From the NCBI GenBank assembly GCA_021846725.1, contig JAJZWK010000003.1, positions 1 through 35,958 of the forward strand: a stretch of DNA of 35,958 bases, written 5' to 3'. The notes below the pieces were generated by a model, which made no database searches, was not told the origin of the DNA, and worked only from the letters and a program-made list of their open reading frames with translations. This document shows, piece after piece, positions 9,443 through 20,287 of the stretch (within the stretch, counting starts at the first letter, position 1; each line of letters opens with the position of its first letter). The position numbers and the translations under genes are program-made. The DNA comes from Actinomycetes bacterium. GTDB lineage: Bacteria > Actinomycetota > Acidimicrobiia > Acidimicrobiales > JAMCPL01.

Positions 9443-9712
9443 TTAGAGCGCTTGTATAATTGGAATTACCACTATCTGCAAAACCAGCAATACTACTATA
9501 AAGGATAGATCTATACCCATACCACCTGCAGACAGAGGAGGTATCACCTTTCTAACGGGACTGAGCACGGGCTCGGTAATGGATTCAAGTGCTCTGGATA
9601 TACCATGTACCGGAGAGCCCGGGCTAACTGGGAACCAAGACAGTACGGCTCGTAAAACAAGCATGACTATATACAGCTCAATGATGACAACAAGAATCTC
9701 TTTAATACCCAT
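9443..9712 (-). CDS. yggT: YggT/YlmG-family membrane protein
   Basis: RAVLSWFP, ITEPVLSPVRKVIPP, IDLS motifs; canonical position between sepF and divIVA. Confidence 0.93.
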   Translation of the reverse strand: MGIKEILVVIIELYIVMLVLRAVLSWFPVSPGSPVHGISRALESITEPVLSPVRKVIPPLSAGGMGIDLSFIVVLLVLQIVVIPIIQAL

Positions 9713-10051
9713 ATAGATACCTTATCCGAAGGCATCTACAAAGTGGCATCACCAATAAAACCGTTGATGTGAAAGTAACCGTTCCCTGCTTCACATCGTG
9801 CTGCAAGATATATCTATGCGTGTGCTGTAGAAGAAATGCCTTCATGGAACCATCTATATGCGGTATCGTGGTGAATGCCTTGGACTCCTACCAACTGCTT
9901 CAGATTCACGCGGGGCTATTATATTACACTGGAACACACATATGGTAACTAATAGGATATTGCGAGTAAACGGTTGCTTACCCTGTATGGGAAACTGTAC
10001 CCTGTAGGAACAACTTACACCGCGTAAGAAAAAACTATGCTGTAACAGAAA

Positions 10052-10633
10052 TTATTCTTCAGTGGCTTCGTGCTCTTCTCTGATCCGTTCTCTCTCCGCG
10101 GCGGTCACCTTGACATTTGACGGAGTTAGTAAAAGGACCTGATCTGCTACCTTGTCAAGATGACCTCCTATAGCATATGTAACTCCACTACAAAAATCAA
10201 TCACTCTCCGCCTGATGTCTTGTTCTGCCGATTGAAGATTAATGATGACTGGCTGCCTACGCATCACATGATCTGCAATATCCTTTGAATCTGCATAGGA
10301 CATAGGTCGAACCACCAGGAACTCTGTAATAGCCGTGTCTACTGCCACGGGACGTAACATCGTTGGTTGCTTTGAACCTGAACCAAATCTATGCTCAGAC
10401 CTCTTGCTATCTGCCTTTGATGATGCGCTATGCTCATCTGCATAGCTGCTATAACTCTGTCTATCTGCACGTCCATCAGACGAACTGATAGGTCTGATTA
10501 CATCACTTGCCAATACTTCATTGGACATGGGTGAAGCACCAACATCACTCTCATAGACATCATCCTGCTCATCGAAGTCGTCATCAGTGAGCCCCAGATA
10601 AAATGCCATCTTCTTCATTACTGATCCTGCCAT
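10052..10633 (-). CDS. sepF: Cell division protein SepF
   Basis: MKKMAFYLGL amphipathic N-terminus, PVIINL, RRVIDFCSG, LLTPSNV; RBS AAGGAGG. Confidence 0.95.
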   Translation of the reverse strand: MAGSVMKKMAFYLGLTDDDFDEQDDVYESDVGASPMSNEVLASDVIRPISSSDGRADRQSYSSYADEHSASSKADSKRSEHRFGSGSKQPTMLRPVAVDTAITEFLVVRPMSYADSKDIADHVMRRQPVIINLQSAEQDIRRRVIDFCSGVTYAIGGHLDKVADQVLLLTPSNVKVTAAERERIREEHEATEE

Positions 10634-10776
10634 CTAAACCTCCTTCGTTTTTAATAACATACACTACCCGGCATCCCATGTGTTGGATATCTATAAAATT
10701 CTTACGGACTCACCGGTATTCCTTATTATAGGGCACGATCAGCACTGTAACAACGGGCACCATTAGCATTGACAAA

Positions 10777-11559
10777 TCATGAATCTCTCCACACGAACAT
10801 ACCTTGACGAGATGCTCCGTCTCCCCTCCGATAAGAATAATACTTGCCACTGCAGTAGGTACAGTCTTCGGAGTTCCAAAGTAATTCTGCTCCCGATTCC
10901 TCGATAGCCTGTATTGCTGCTGAGTGGAGATCGACAGTATCCTTTCCGTCAGAACTTGAACTCATCACAGATTCGCCATACTTGTCAATAAGTTGCGACG
11001 CATCGTTGCGCGAGAATTCATAGCAACATTTGCCTATTGAAGGTCCAATAGCTGCAACTACTTTTGAAGCACCATAACCATACATCCTGTCAATGGCATT
11101 CTCTATCACTCCTGCCACCAAACCTCTCCATCCAGCATGCACTGCACCATATATCCCTTCAGGACTGCCCAGTGATATCGACATGCAATCAGCAGTTACA
11201 ATCAAAAGACAGTTGCCATACTCTCTGCTCAATATGGCATCTCCTTCAGGACAGACACTCACCCTAGGGGTCATGTCTTCTCCGGAATCGGTAGCTCTTC
11301 TAAAATCAACGGCACTGCCTGGAACAGCATCCCTTACGATATCGGTAGCCACCCCAACACCGGCAGCATCGATTACTACATCTCCACCATGAACCTGCCT
11401 TACTCTAGACACCCTCCATTTGTGAGCTGAACTATCCAGTCCAAGTAACTTCGTAATACCAGGACCGAGCGCACCTGACTTCAAAGATGCGAAATCTCCA
11501 TCGGAAGCCTCCGTCCAGTAGGCTCTAACAGGAGTACCGCTTAATCCAAGATGGCTCAA
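10777..11559 (-). CDS. pgeF: PgeF/YfiH (laccase-domain, FAMIN-like) peptidoglycan editing factor
   Basis: [33 protein letters not shown]; overlaps the ftsZ stop. Confidence 0.92.
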   Translation of the reverse strand: MSHLGLSGTPVRAYWTEASDGDFASLKSGALGPGITKLLGLDSSAHKWRVSRVRQVHGGDVVIDAAGVGVATDIVRDAVPGSAVDFRRATDSGEDMTPRVSVCPEGDAILSREYGNCLLIVTADCMSISLGSPEGIYGAVHAGWRGLVAGVIENAIDRMYGYGASKVVAAIGPSIGKCCYEFSRNDASQLIDKYGESVMSSSSDGKDTVDLHSAAIQAIEESGAELLWNSEDCTYCSGKYYSYRRGDGASRQGMFVWRDS

Positions 11560-12683
11560 CGCATAAATCTGGGAAGATCGAGATCGTCATCCCCAATGCC
11601 TGCCATTATATCTTCGTCGCTCAAATCATCGAAGAAAGCAGAGACTCCATTCTTGGATGGAGAAGCGCCATTAGTAACAGCACTGGATACACTATTTGAC
11701 TGCACACTTGGGCTACGATGGCGACCGTCTTCCCAACGCTCAAAACCTGCTGCAATAACGGTAATCTTGACATCATCACCCATTGAATCATCCAAAACGG
11801 TTCCAAATATTATATTTGCTTCAGGGTGCGCCTCTGCATGGATAATCTCCATCGCCTCATGCACCTCAAGTAGGCCTATATCGGGACCACCGGCCACATT
11901 TACCAAAATACCCCTTGCACCATCGATAGAAGACTCGAGCAACGGACTGGTAATCGCAGCCCTTGCTGCACTGACTGCCCTACCTTCTCCGGAAGAGCTA
12001 CCAATACCCATAATCGCAGTACCAGCTGATTCGAGTATGGTACGCACGTCGGCAAAATCTGTGTTTATCTGTCCTGGTATATTGATCAAGTCCGTGATAC
12101 CTTGTACCCCCTGCAACAGAACTTCATCTGCAGCCTTGAAAGCAGCATTCATGGTCGTCTTGTCATTGGATACAGACAAGAGCCTGTCGTTAGGGATTAC
12201 TATGATTGCATCGACCTTTTCCCTCAGTTTTTCAATCCCCTGATCGGCCTGAGTAGCACGCTTCCTTCCCTCGAAGCTGAATGGCCTGGTTACTACTGCA
12301 ATTGTGAGAGCACCAAGTGAACGGGCAATTTCGGCCACGACAGGTGCAGCTCCCGTGCCCGTACCTCCTCCCTTCCCAGCAGTAATAAACACCATATCAG
12401 CGCCCTTGAGGACTTCTTCTATATTTGCCCTATGATCTTCGGCTGCCTGTCTACCTATTTCCGGGTTGCTACCGGCCCCCAGACCTCTCGTAAGGTCGCC
12501 TCCTATGGTCAGCTTCACGTCCGCGTCACTTGCCAGCAACGCCTGAGAGTCAGTATTCATAGCTATGAACTCGACGCCCTTGAGACCGGCTTCAATCATT
12601 CTATTAACCGCGTTGACTCCACCGCCGCCAACTCCGACGACTTTTATGAGCGCATAATAACTATTTGATTCCAGCGCTAACAT
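11556..12683 (-). CDS. ftsZ: Cell division GTPase FtsZ
   Basis: [17 protein letters not shown] tubulin signature, INTDFAD T7 loop, C-terminal LDLPRFMR peptide. Confidence 0.99.
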   Translation of the reverse strand: MLALESNSYYALIKVVGVGGGGVNAVNRMIEAGLKGVEFIAMNTDSQALLASDADVKLTIGGDLTRGLGAGSNPEIGRQAAEDHRANIEEVLKGADMVFITAGKGGGTGTGAAPVVAEIARSLGALTIAVVTRPFSFEGRKRATQADQGIEKLREKVDAIIVIPNDRLLSVSNDKTTMNAAFKAADEVLLQGVQGITDLINIPGQINTDFADVRTILESAGTAIMGIGSSSGEGRAVSAARAAITSPLLESSIDGARGILVNVAGGPDIGLLEVHEAMEIIHAEAHPEANIIFGTVLDDSMGDDVKITVIAAGFERWEDGRHRSPSVQSNSVSSAVTNGASPSKNGVSAFFDDLSDEDIMAGIGDDDLDLPRFMR

Positions 12684-12831
12684 CTCTTTCTCCTTAAAAC
12701 CCTATACACCAGACTTACTTACTATAGCCTCTTTTTCGGCTTCGTGCATACTCTGCGAAATATGATATATAACTGCAAAAATACTCACATGTAACCATGA
12801 ACACATCAATACACTACCTACATAACCAACT

Positions 12832-13878
12832 CTACGAATCATCACATATCGTATTAGGAAATCCAACGAGTTGCACCTCAGATCTCAGCTCCACTCCGAA
12901 TTTCTTCCTGACCGACTCGGCAACATGGCACATCAGTTTATACACATCATCGGCAGAACCACCGTCATCCGCCTGAATGAAGTTGGCATGTCTGGTCGAA
13001 ACCTGTGCCGTACCGATTCGCATCCCCTTAAGACCTGAACGTTCTACGAGGCTACCTGCTGACTCCGAATCGGGATTGACAAATACAGAGCCTGCATTCG
13101 ATCCCCCAGGTTGATGCTCCCGCCTCCAGCGAACTATCTCAGAAATGTGATGCCTACCTTCCGTAGGATCTCCACTAACCAGCCATAAATCAGCAGTAAC
13201 GACTACCTCGTATGACATAATATTTGATCTACGGTATGACATATCCAGGTCATTCACCGAACGGTACTCCCATTGTGCGCTATCCAAATTAAATAACAGA
13301 CAGCCATCGAGTATGGATGCCATATCCGAACCATGACCGCCAGCATTCATCCTCACACCGCCACCGACAGATCCCGGAACTCCCACACACCACTCTGCTC
13401 CAAGTAAACCTGTGCTAGTAGCTTTCCTGGCCAATGCAGGTAGCGCTATAGCGGCACCTGCCCTTACCTTGACGCGACTACCCAACGGTCTATCGTGATC
13501 ATCCAACGACCAATCAACGATATCGTCATAAGTAGCACCCGGAATACCAAATCCAGTAAAGGCAGGGCTGAGCGCAATAGCTACTCCTTTGAACCCTCCG
13601 TCAGCCACCAGCAAATTAGAACCTTTTCCAATGACCAACAACGGTCCTTTGTAACTCAGCTCATCAAAGACGGAAGCAAGTACCTGCAAATCCTCCAATC
13701 TTTGAATGTTGACAAACACACTGGCAGCACCTCCTACTCTATAGGTGGTCATAGAACCAATATTCTTCTCCCAATAGACATTCCCACCAATCACATTGCC
13801 CAATCTGATGTACAACTCGTACAACAGATCGTAATTGCTTACTGAAGAACCACCTATATCCTTACTAGGCAAGACCAT
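12832..13878 (-). CDS. murB: UDP-N-acetylenolpyruvoylglucosamine reductase
   Basis: TTYRVGG, IGKGSNLLV, PGSVGGGVRMNAG, NAGSVFVNP, HANFI. Confidence 0.96.
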   Translation of the reverse strand: MVLPSKDIGGSSVSNYDLLYELYIRLGNVIGGNVYWEKNIGSMTTYRVGGAASVFVNIQRLEDLQVLASVFDELSYKGPLLVIGKGSNLLVADGGFKGVAIALSPAFTGFGIPGATYDDIVDWSLDDHDRPLGSRVKVRAGAAIALPALARKATSTGLLGAEWCVGVPGSVGGGVRMNAGGHGSDMASILDGCLLFNLDSAQWEYRSVNDLDMSYRRSNIMSYEVVVTADLWLVSGDPTEGRHHISEIVRWRREHQPGGSNAGSVFVNPDSESAGSLVERSGLKGMRIGTAQVSTRHANFIQADDGGSADDVYKLMCHVAESVRKKFGVELRSEVQLVGFPNTICDDS

Positions 13879-15283
13879 TCCAATATAAAATCATCTCATC
13901 AAAAAATGTGGTTATGTCCCCGGCACCCATAGTGAGACAAATGTCGCCCTCCCTAAGTACTTCATTCATGATCAGAGGAAGCTGAGAAAGGCGCGGAACA
14001 TAATGGACAGCCACGTCAGGATTGGAACGGCTAACTGCATCAGCTACCAACTTCCCAGTCACTCCCGGAGATACAGGCTCCCCAGCAGAATATATATCAG
14101 TCACTACGACGACATCTGCCATCGCCAAAGGTGTCCCAAAATCACCAGCGAGGATGCTGATCCTACTGTAACGGTGAGGCTGAAAAACAGCCACTATCCT
14201 CTCATGCTGAAGCAACCTCGCCGCTTTGATAACAGCGCTGACTTCACCGGGTAAATGTGCATAATCATCTATAAATATCACCCCATGACTTGCCCCCCTT
14301 CTCTGGAAGCGCCTTGCTACACCTCCAAACCGTGCCAAGCCAGCCGCTACTGAGTCAGGAGAACCTCCAGCATATATTGCAGTCGCTGCAGCCAATGCTG
14401 CATTACGGAGGTTGTGCTCTCCAATGACGGGTACTTTGAACACCTCAGGAAGCACCCTCCCGTTCCTTGCGAGTTCAAACCGTGAACCATCTACATGTAT
14501 TTTTGCGTTTACCACCCTCCATGCAGCAGATTTATCAGTACCAACGGATTCGCCACCCAACTCATTTGCGATTGCAAGCGCACGCGGATCATCTCCGTTT
14601 ACGACTACTGTTCGTTTCGCATTCCTGGCAAACTGGCCGAATGCGTCTACCAGAGAATCAAAATCACCGTAATGGTCCAAGTGATCAGGCTCTATATTAG
14701 TTATAACAGCTATATCGGTATCCAGTACCAAAAATGTCCCATCACTCTCATCAGCCTCCACTACCGCCAAATCACCACTGTCCCATACGGCATTTGTATC
14801 GGATTCATTGATATCTCCACCGACCAGAAACGATGGGTGTAGACCGGCTTCCACTAGGCATAAAGATAGCATGGATGTAGTAGTAGTCTTTCCATGAGTA
14901 CCTGATACAGATATGACCTGCTTACCCTGAAAGATGGAATACAGCATTTCCGCACGACTAAATATCTGGATACCGTTCATACGGGCTGCTGCCAGTTCCG
15001 GATTATCATATGGAATTGCCGAAGAGACAACCACCATATCTGCATCGCCAACGTTGCCTGTATGATGTCCTATAACAACTGGTACACCTAAAGCGTTCAA
15101 GCGATCAATCACCGGCGATCTCTTCAGGTCACTGCCATGTACATTGTGACCCCGGGTTGCAAGAAGGGTAGCAATGGCGCTCATGCCTGCTCCACCTATT
15201 CCGATCACATGAATATTACGCCTACCAGTAAGATCAGCGATGATATGAGAGGTAGACTCAACCCTTGGTATCTGCACCCTCAT
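13865..15283 (-). CDS. murC: UDP-N-acetylmuramate--L-alanine ligase
   Basis: IGIGGAGMS, SGTHGKTTTT, EADESD, DHLDHY, DDYAH, FQPHRYSR. Confidence 0.98.
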   Translation of the reverse strand: MRVQIPRVESTSHIIADLTGRRNIHVIGIGGAGMSAIATLLATRGHNVHGSDLKRSPVIDRLNALGVPVVIGHHTGNVGDADMVVVSSAIPYDNPELAAARMNGIQIFSRAEMLYSIFQGKQVISVSGTHGKTTTTSMLSLCLVEAGLHPSFLVGGDINESDTNAVWDSGDLAVVEADESDGTFLVLDTDIAVITNIEPDHLDHYGDFDSLVDAFGQFARNAKRTVVVNGDDPRALAIANELGGESVGTDKSAAWRVVNAKIHVDGSRFELARNGRVLPEVFKVPVIGEHNLRNAALAAATAIYAGGSPDSVAAGLARFGGVARRFQRRGASHGVIFIDDYAHLPGEVSAVIKAARLLQHERIVAVFQPHRYSRISILAGDFGTPLAMADVVVVTDIYSAGEPVSPGVTGKLVADAVSRSNPDVAVHYVPRLSQLPLIMNEVLREGDICLTMGAGDITTFFDEMILYWNGLA

Positions 15284-16566
15284 AGATACTTGTCACTCTT
15301 CTCTACGCAGCGCTCTACCAGATCGGCCAAGTTGGAGGTACCGTAACCGTTATCTAGATCCGGATAAGCAATTGACATTTTCTCCAATCGATTTCTATCA
15401 TCTACTATACCTCTTAGAACCTCACCCAGCCTGGTAACCGTAATATCTTTCTCCTCCAGCATGATTGCCGCACCTATAGACGTCAATACCGCTGCATTAG
15501 CTTCCTGGTGACGCGACGGGGCTCCTGGGAGGGGAATCAGTAGAGCAGGGACTGCTGCCACCGACAACTCCCCCACTGTGACAGCACCAGCTCGGCATAT
15601 GACAAAATCTGCGGCAAGATAAGCCCTGTCCATCCTGGGTTCATAGCCCACCTGTCTGTAATATATCCTTCCACCGTCTTCACTGCCTGCCCAGTTACTA
15701 TCACTACATGCCAATCCCAAGCGTTCGGCATATTCAGCCGCCTCCTGCAGGAACCTCTCACCTACTATATGATACACAGCCAGATCATCTCGATCTATCC
15801 ATGTTGAAAAGACCCTCATTACAAGTTCGTTCAATTTACGGGCACCCAGAGAACCACCTACTGCAAGGATCACTGTCCTGCCTTCCGGTATACCCAGGAC
15901 GCTTCTAGCTGAATGACGCAGTTTTTCCGCCTCTTCCAAGTTCTTCATCATCCCTTGCCGGTCCTCTCCAGTAGGCAGGTAGCCTTCTTCAGGGGGTCTA
16001 CCAAGAATTGTCCTGCGGGCAATTCCTGCCTCGATGATTCCAGAACTTACAGGCATACCTGTCACTTGCTCTCTCTTCAGGCCGGTACCTGGCCATGCTA
16101 CCGCTACTGCCCGGGCAAAATGTGAAAGAATGCGATTGGACCTACCAGCTATTGCATCCACATTTACCACTATCAACGGTACGCGCAGAGATACGCCGAC
16201 CAATGCAGGAGCAATAGCACTGTATCCACCAAAAACTACAACAGCAAATGGCCTGTTAACAGCCATCAGTTTAATAGATTGAAGCAAACCAGCGAGAAGA
16301 TCGATGCAAAAGTATGCCATCTCCAATGGATATTTGATTACACTGGCAAGCGACGACCTACCTGCAACACGGGGTACCCCTCGACCCGGGAGATAGTAGG
16401 TGTCAAAAGCTGCCGATGACCAGACTTTGCGTTCCAAGCCCCTTCTACCACCTATCAGCCCAATCTTCGTAACCGATTTCCGCTTCCCAAGCTCCTCAGC
16501 CAATCGCAGTGCAGGCAAAGCATGGCCGGCAGTTCCACCTCCAACAATCAAAGCATAATATTTCAC
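15280..16566 (-). CDS. murG: Lipid II GlcNAc transferase MurG
   Basis: GGGTAGH, FGGY, GGSLGA, CRAGAVTVGEL, HQEANA. Confidence 0.96.
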   Translation of the reverse strand: MKYYALIVGGGTAGHALPALRLAEELGKRKSVTKIGLIGGRRGLERKVWSSAAFDTYYLPGRGVPRVAGRSSLASVIKYPLEMAYFCIDLLAGLLQSIKLMAVNRPFAVVVFGGYSAIAPALVGVSLRVPLIVVNVDAIAGRSNRILSHFARAVAVAWPGTGLKREQVTGMPVSSGIIEAGIARRTILGRPPEEGYLPTGEDRQGMMKNLEEAEKLRHSARSVLGIPEGRTVILAVGGSLGARKLNELVMRVFSTWIDRDDLAVYHIVGERFLQEAAEYAERLGLACSDSNWAGSEDGGRIYYRQVGYEPRMDRAYLAADFVICRAGAVTVGELSVAAVPALLIPLPGAPSRHQEANAAVLTSIGAAIMLEEKDITVTRLGEVLRGIVDDRNRLEKMSIAYPDLDNGYGTSNLADLVERCVEKSDKYL

Positions 16567-16598
16567 GCTATATTAAACCCTACTGGTCTCATTAGACA

Positions 16599-17789
16599 TT
16601 ATCCTACCGGAGCACTGAACACCGGATGATTCATAGATACTCTCATCTTGCCACCATCTATAACTCTAAGTCTCCTCTCTGAATCACGCGCAATACGTAG
16701 CAATACTCCGACAGCAGCCATAGTTATGAGCATTGATGATCCTCCATATGACACAAATGGTAAAGGTATTCCAGTCACCGGCAACAGACCCAATGCGGCC
16801 CCCATATTTATCAGAGACTCTGCAGCCAACCAGCATGTAATACCCAGAGCAAGCAGTGACTCGAATTTACCTGCTGCCCTGTTCACTATGCGCAGACCCA
16901 TCAGTATAAGCAATAGCATCAGACCTACTATAAGCAGCGTACCAATTAGGCCGGTCTGTTCGCCTACTACCGAAAATATAAAGTCAGTATGAGCATGAGG
17001 TAAAAACCCCCATTGAGCAGCTCCACGACCCAGCCCAACACCGGTAGCTCCCCCTGTACCGAAACTCACCAATGACTGTACTACTTGGTAGCCGGAGCCA
17101 TACGCATGTGCAAAAGGATGGATAAACGACAGGAGCCTTGCCCGCCTGTACGGTGCCGCAAAAGCCAACCCCGTACCAACAATACCCATGACCCCTACGA
17201 CCTTGACAACGGTCGAAATAGCCAACCCCGATGCAGCCATCATAGCAACAGTCATTGCTACTATAACGATGGTAGTTCCCAGATCGGGCTGTTTAACGAT
17301 CAACGCGCAAACTACCGCCAAGGCACCAAGCAACGGGATAAGAACGTCTTTGGCCTTCCAACCATCACCCGTACGCCTAGCAAGCAGATCGGCCGCAAAG
17401 ATACACCAGGCGAATTTCATGATTTCCGAAGGCTGTATAGTCACCGGTCCAAGCGCAATCCACCTACTCGACCCAGAGACACTCTGTCCCACACCAGGTA
17501 ACAACACGGCTAGAAGTAAAATGAAACCACCCCCCAACATGACATAGCGAAGCTTGCGTAGAGCAGATGTCGGCACCAGCAATGCTAAAATAGCCACGAC
17601 AACCCCTCCAGTTATCCATATCACCTGGCGCAAAAATACAGACCATACCGATCCATAGGTAACCAGAGAGCTGTAAGGCGACGAAGCAAGCACCATGACC
17701 ACACCAGAACCCAGTAATAATGCAACACAGACTACTATGACCAATGACGGCCTTGTCCTTTCAAGCGTGGATCGTATCCTCGTAATCAT
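16599..17789 (-). CDS. ftsW: SEDS peptidoglycan polymerase FtsW
   Basis: RWIALGPVTIQPSE, KQPDLGT, HTDFIFSVVGEQ, LPVTGIPLPFVSYGGSS. Start re-assigned to ATG 17789, which overlaps the murD TGA. Confidence 0.96.
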   Translation of the reverse strand: MITRIRSTLERTRPSLVIVVCVALLLGSGVVMVLASSPYSSLVTYGSVWSVFLRQVIWITGGVVVAILALLVPTSALRKLRYVMLGGGFILLLAVLLPGVGQSVSGSSRWIALGPVTIQPSEIMKFAWCIFAADLLARRTGDGWKAKDVLIPLLGALAVVCALIVKQPDLGTTIVIVAMTVAMMAASGLAISTVVKVVGVMGIVGTGLAFAAPYRRARLLSFIHPFAHAYGSGYQVVQSLVSFGTGGATGVGLGRGAAQWGFLPHAHTDFIFSVVGEQTGLIGTLLIVGLMLLLILMGLRIVNRAAGKFESLLALGITCWLAAESLINMGAALGLLPVTGIPLPFVSYGGSSMLITMAAVGVLLRIARDSERRLRVIDGGKMRVSMNHPVFSAPVG

Positions 17790-19246
17790 AGAGTACCTCC
17801 ATTCCTCATCATCTCCTCCACACACCTCCGGAAATCATCACCCCTCTGAACATATGATTCATACCAATCATACGACGAGCAGGCTGGTGAGAGTAGCACC
17901 ACTCCAGAATTGCCAGCCAGCCGTGTAGCCACGACTACCGCATCCCTCATCGAACTGGCTAGCGTCACAGGACACATATCGGATATGGCAGACTCTACCT
18001 CTCTGCTGGATTCGCCTATGGCAACTACACTCTTCAAGAAATCTGAGTAGTCGCGTAGTATCCCAAAATCGAGACCCTTACTACGACCACCTGCTATAAG
18101 CACTATGCGCCCCTGTCCGTATATCTCCCCTATGCCAGCGATCGCTACAGCAGTTGAACTTGGTGTAGTCGACTTTGAGTCATCAATATATTTCACCCCA
18201 TTATAATCTGCAATTAACTCTACGCGATGCGGCAACCCACGAAATTGCAACAACCCTTTCACGCAGCCCTCGATAGATGCCCCTGCACTGGTAGCTATAG
18301 CCATCGCAGCCAATGCATTGTCTATATCATGAGGCATAGAACGATATAATGAATGCGCTGAAAGTAGCTCTTCTCCATCCGGTGACATCAGCATGTCACC
18401 CTTTCTATGCCACATCCCATGAGTCCCTCCCCATGTAACCAAGCACGCCCCGGTAGATTCTACTCTGCGTGCCTCTTCCATCACGACCTTATCGCAGGCA
18501 TTTGCAACCACCACGCTCTCTGCTCCTATGCCCTCCCACATTCTGGCTTTAGACAGCCTGTAGTCATCGATATCTTTGTGCCAATCGAGATGATCTGGCT
18601 GGAAATTCAACCATGCCCCCACATCAGGTGCAAGATTGGAAGTAGTTGCCAACTGGAACGAAGACAATTCGGCGACTACCACATCCAGCAGAGAGCTGTC
18701 CACAGAGATCAAGGGTGTGCCTATATTACCAGCAGCCTGCACATGCATACCTGACTCTGCCAGCATACGAGTAACAAGCGTAACTACCGTTGTTTTCCCA
18801 TTTGTCCCGGTAATGGCAACAAGGGGTACTTTCAATCTTGAACGGGCAAGGGTTATCTCACTGATGAGCTTATCGCCTGCCAGCTTGTGTACCAGATGAG
18901 AGGGAGGTACGCCTGGGCTGACTACGACCTGTGATGCCCTCCCGATCAGATGTCTCAGCTGTTCTGCGCTGGGTGCACGAACTACTCTGACCACTCCAGG
19001 AGAGGCACTATCAATACTGGCACTGCTACTGGTCGACGATATCACTTCTACATCTCCAGCAGCATTTGCTCTGGTAGCATATGCACCACCGGCACTATCT
19101 ACGGTTGTCCTCTGCTCTCCTGTCGGCAAAGACAACTCCACCCCAACAACATCATCCACTACGACCACATCCAATCCCTCCCCTGAAAGTACCGAGGCGA
19201 CTGCCTGACCAGTAACCCCAGCTCCAAATACCATGACATAACTCAT
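17786..19246 (-). CDS. murD: UDP-N-acetylmuramoyl-L-alanine--D-glutamate ligase
   Basis: VVSPGVP, ITGTNGKTT, ELSSFQL, DHLDWH, DDSKST, LLSPACSSYD. Start re-assigned to ATG 19246 (ATGA overlap with mraY). Confidence 0.96.
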   Translation of the reverse strand: MSYVMVFGAGVTGQAVASVLSGEGLDVVVVDDVVGVELSLPTGEQRTTVDSAGGAYATRANAAGDVEVISSTSSSASIDSASPGVVRVVRAPSAEQLRHLIGRASQVVVSPGVPPSHLVHKLAGDKLISEITLARSRLKVPLVAITGTNGKTTVVTLVTRMLAESGMHVQAAGNIGTPLISVDSSLLDVVVAELSSFQLATTSNLAPDVGAWLNFQPDHLDWHKDIDDYRLSKARMWEGIGAESVVVANACDKVVMEEARRVESTGACLVTWGGTHGMWHRKGDMLMSPDGEELLSAHSLYRSMPHDIDNALAAMAIATSAGASIEGCVKGLLQFRGLPHRVELIADYNGVKYIDDSKSTTPSSTAVAIAGIGEIYGQGRIVLIAGGRSKGLDFGILRDYSDFLKSVVAIGESSREVESAISDMCPVTLASSMRDAVVVATRLAGNSGVVLLSPACSSYDWYESYVQRGDDFRRCVEEMMRNGGTL

Positions 19247-20286
19247 GTCTTCGACAGCAACCTGGTAATCGAGAGATAATCTGCATAGAATAGCCCCAGC
19301 GCAAATGCAGCAAAAAGTCCAGCCATAATCCAGAATCGCACTATTACTGTAGATTCTGGCCATCCGCTGAGTTCAAAGTGATGATGAAGTGGTGCCATCT
19401 TCAAAATTCTTCGATGAAATAATTTATAACTGACGACCTGAGCCACAACAGACAACGTGACTATGACGAACAACCCTCCCAATACCGGTAAGAGTAGTTG
19501 AAGATTCATCATAACAGCAATACCCGCTAGACCGCTCCCCAATGCCAGTGAACCCGTATCACCCATGAATATACGTGCCGGAGCAGCATTCCACCACAGG
19601 AAACCTACGCAGGCTCCAGCAAAAGCTACAGATGCCAAGCTCAGATCAAGTGATGAAGAGATCCTGTAAATGCTGAAGTGCCGGAACTGCCAGTACCCTA
19701 TAATCGAGAGCACAGCAAATACCAGCGTAAGCGATCCAGCTGCCAACCCATCAAGACCGTCAGTCAAGTTCACCGCATTGGAAGAGCCAACCACAATGAG
19801 CATGACCCATACTATCCAACCAATCGTTCCGAGATCTACCCCTGTAGAATTGAATCTGGTGTAAGTAAGAAAAGTATTCATATGGGCAAGTTTCTCCGCA
19901 CCCAGCGCAAATAATGAGGCAACGACGACTTGCGATATGAACTTGGCACGTTTGTTCAACCCAAGATTTCTCTTGTTATGCACCTTCAACCAGTCATCCA
20001 CCAAACCAATCAATCCAAATGATATGGCAAGACCAACAACCAGCATACCGCTGGTACTCATACGAACTGCAGTGACCAGATGTGCCACTATATACCCTGC
20101 AAAAATAGCAACAAGTAAAGCTATACCTCCCATGGTCGGTGTCCCTTCTTTGGAGCGGTGCATAGAAGGTCCATCCTCCCTTATATACTGCCCGATTGAT
20201 CGACTTACCAGCCAACGCCTGAGTAAGGGGGTGAGGAATACAGCAGCTATAAGCGCAATGCCACCTGCAACCATGAGACCTAGCAC
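19243..20286 (-). CDS. mraY: Phospho-N-acetylmuramoyl-pentapeptide transferase
   Basis: KEGTPTMGG, GLVDD, SNAVNLTDGLDGLA, IFMGDTGS, MAPLHHHFE. Start re-assigned to GTG 20286, 1 bp after the murE stop, with RBS GGAGG. Confidence 0.97.
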   Translation of the reverse strand: MLGLMVAGGIALIAAVFLTPLLRRWLVSRSIGQYIREDGPSMHRSKEGTPTMGGIALLVAIFAGYIVAHLVTAVRMSTSGMLVVGLAISFGLIGLVDDWLKVHNKRNLGLNKRAKFISQVVVASLFALGAEKLAHMNTFLTYTRFNSTGVDLGTIGWIVWVMLIVVGSSNAVNLTDGLDGLAAGSLTLVFAVLSIIGYWQFRHFSIYRISSSLDLSLASVAFAGACVGFLWWNAAPARIFMGDTGSLALGSGLAGIAVMMNLQLLLPVLGGLFVIVTLSVVAQVVSYKLFHRRILKMAPLHHHFELSGWPESTVIVRFWIMAGLFAAFALGLFYADYLSITRLLSKT

Positions 20287-20287
20287 A

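Noticed and set aside
11551-12243. 230-aa plus-strand ORF and other antisense ORFs across the dcw genes
   Set aside because: They fully overlap conserved genes on the opposite strand; typical shadow ORFs.
18995-19140. Shared mobile palindromic element (Rickettsia RPE-like) as the source of the coding insertions
   Set aside because: Comparing the RluD, IleS, MurD and radical SAM inserts by eye shows only short Ser/Ala codon matches, with no common element or terminal repeats.
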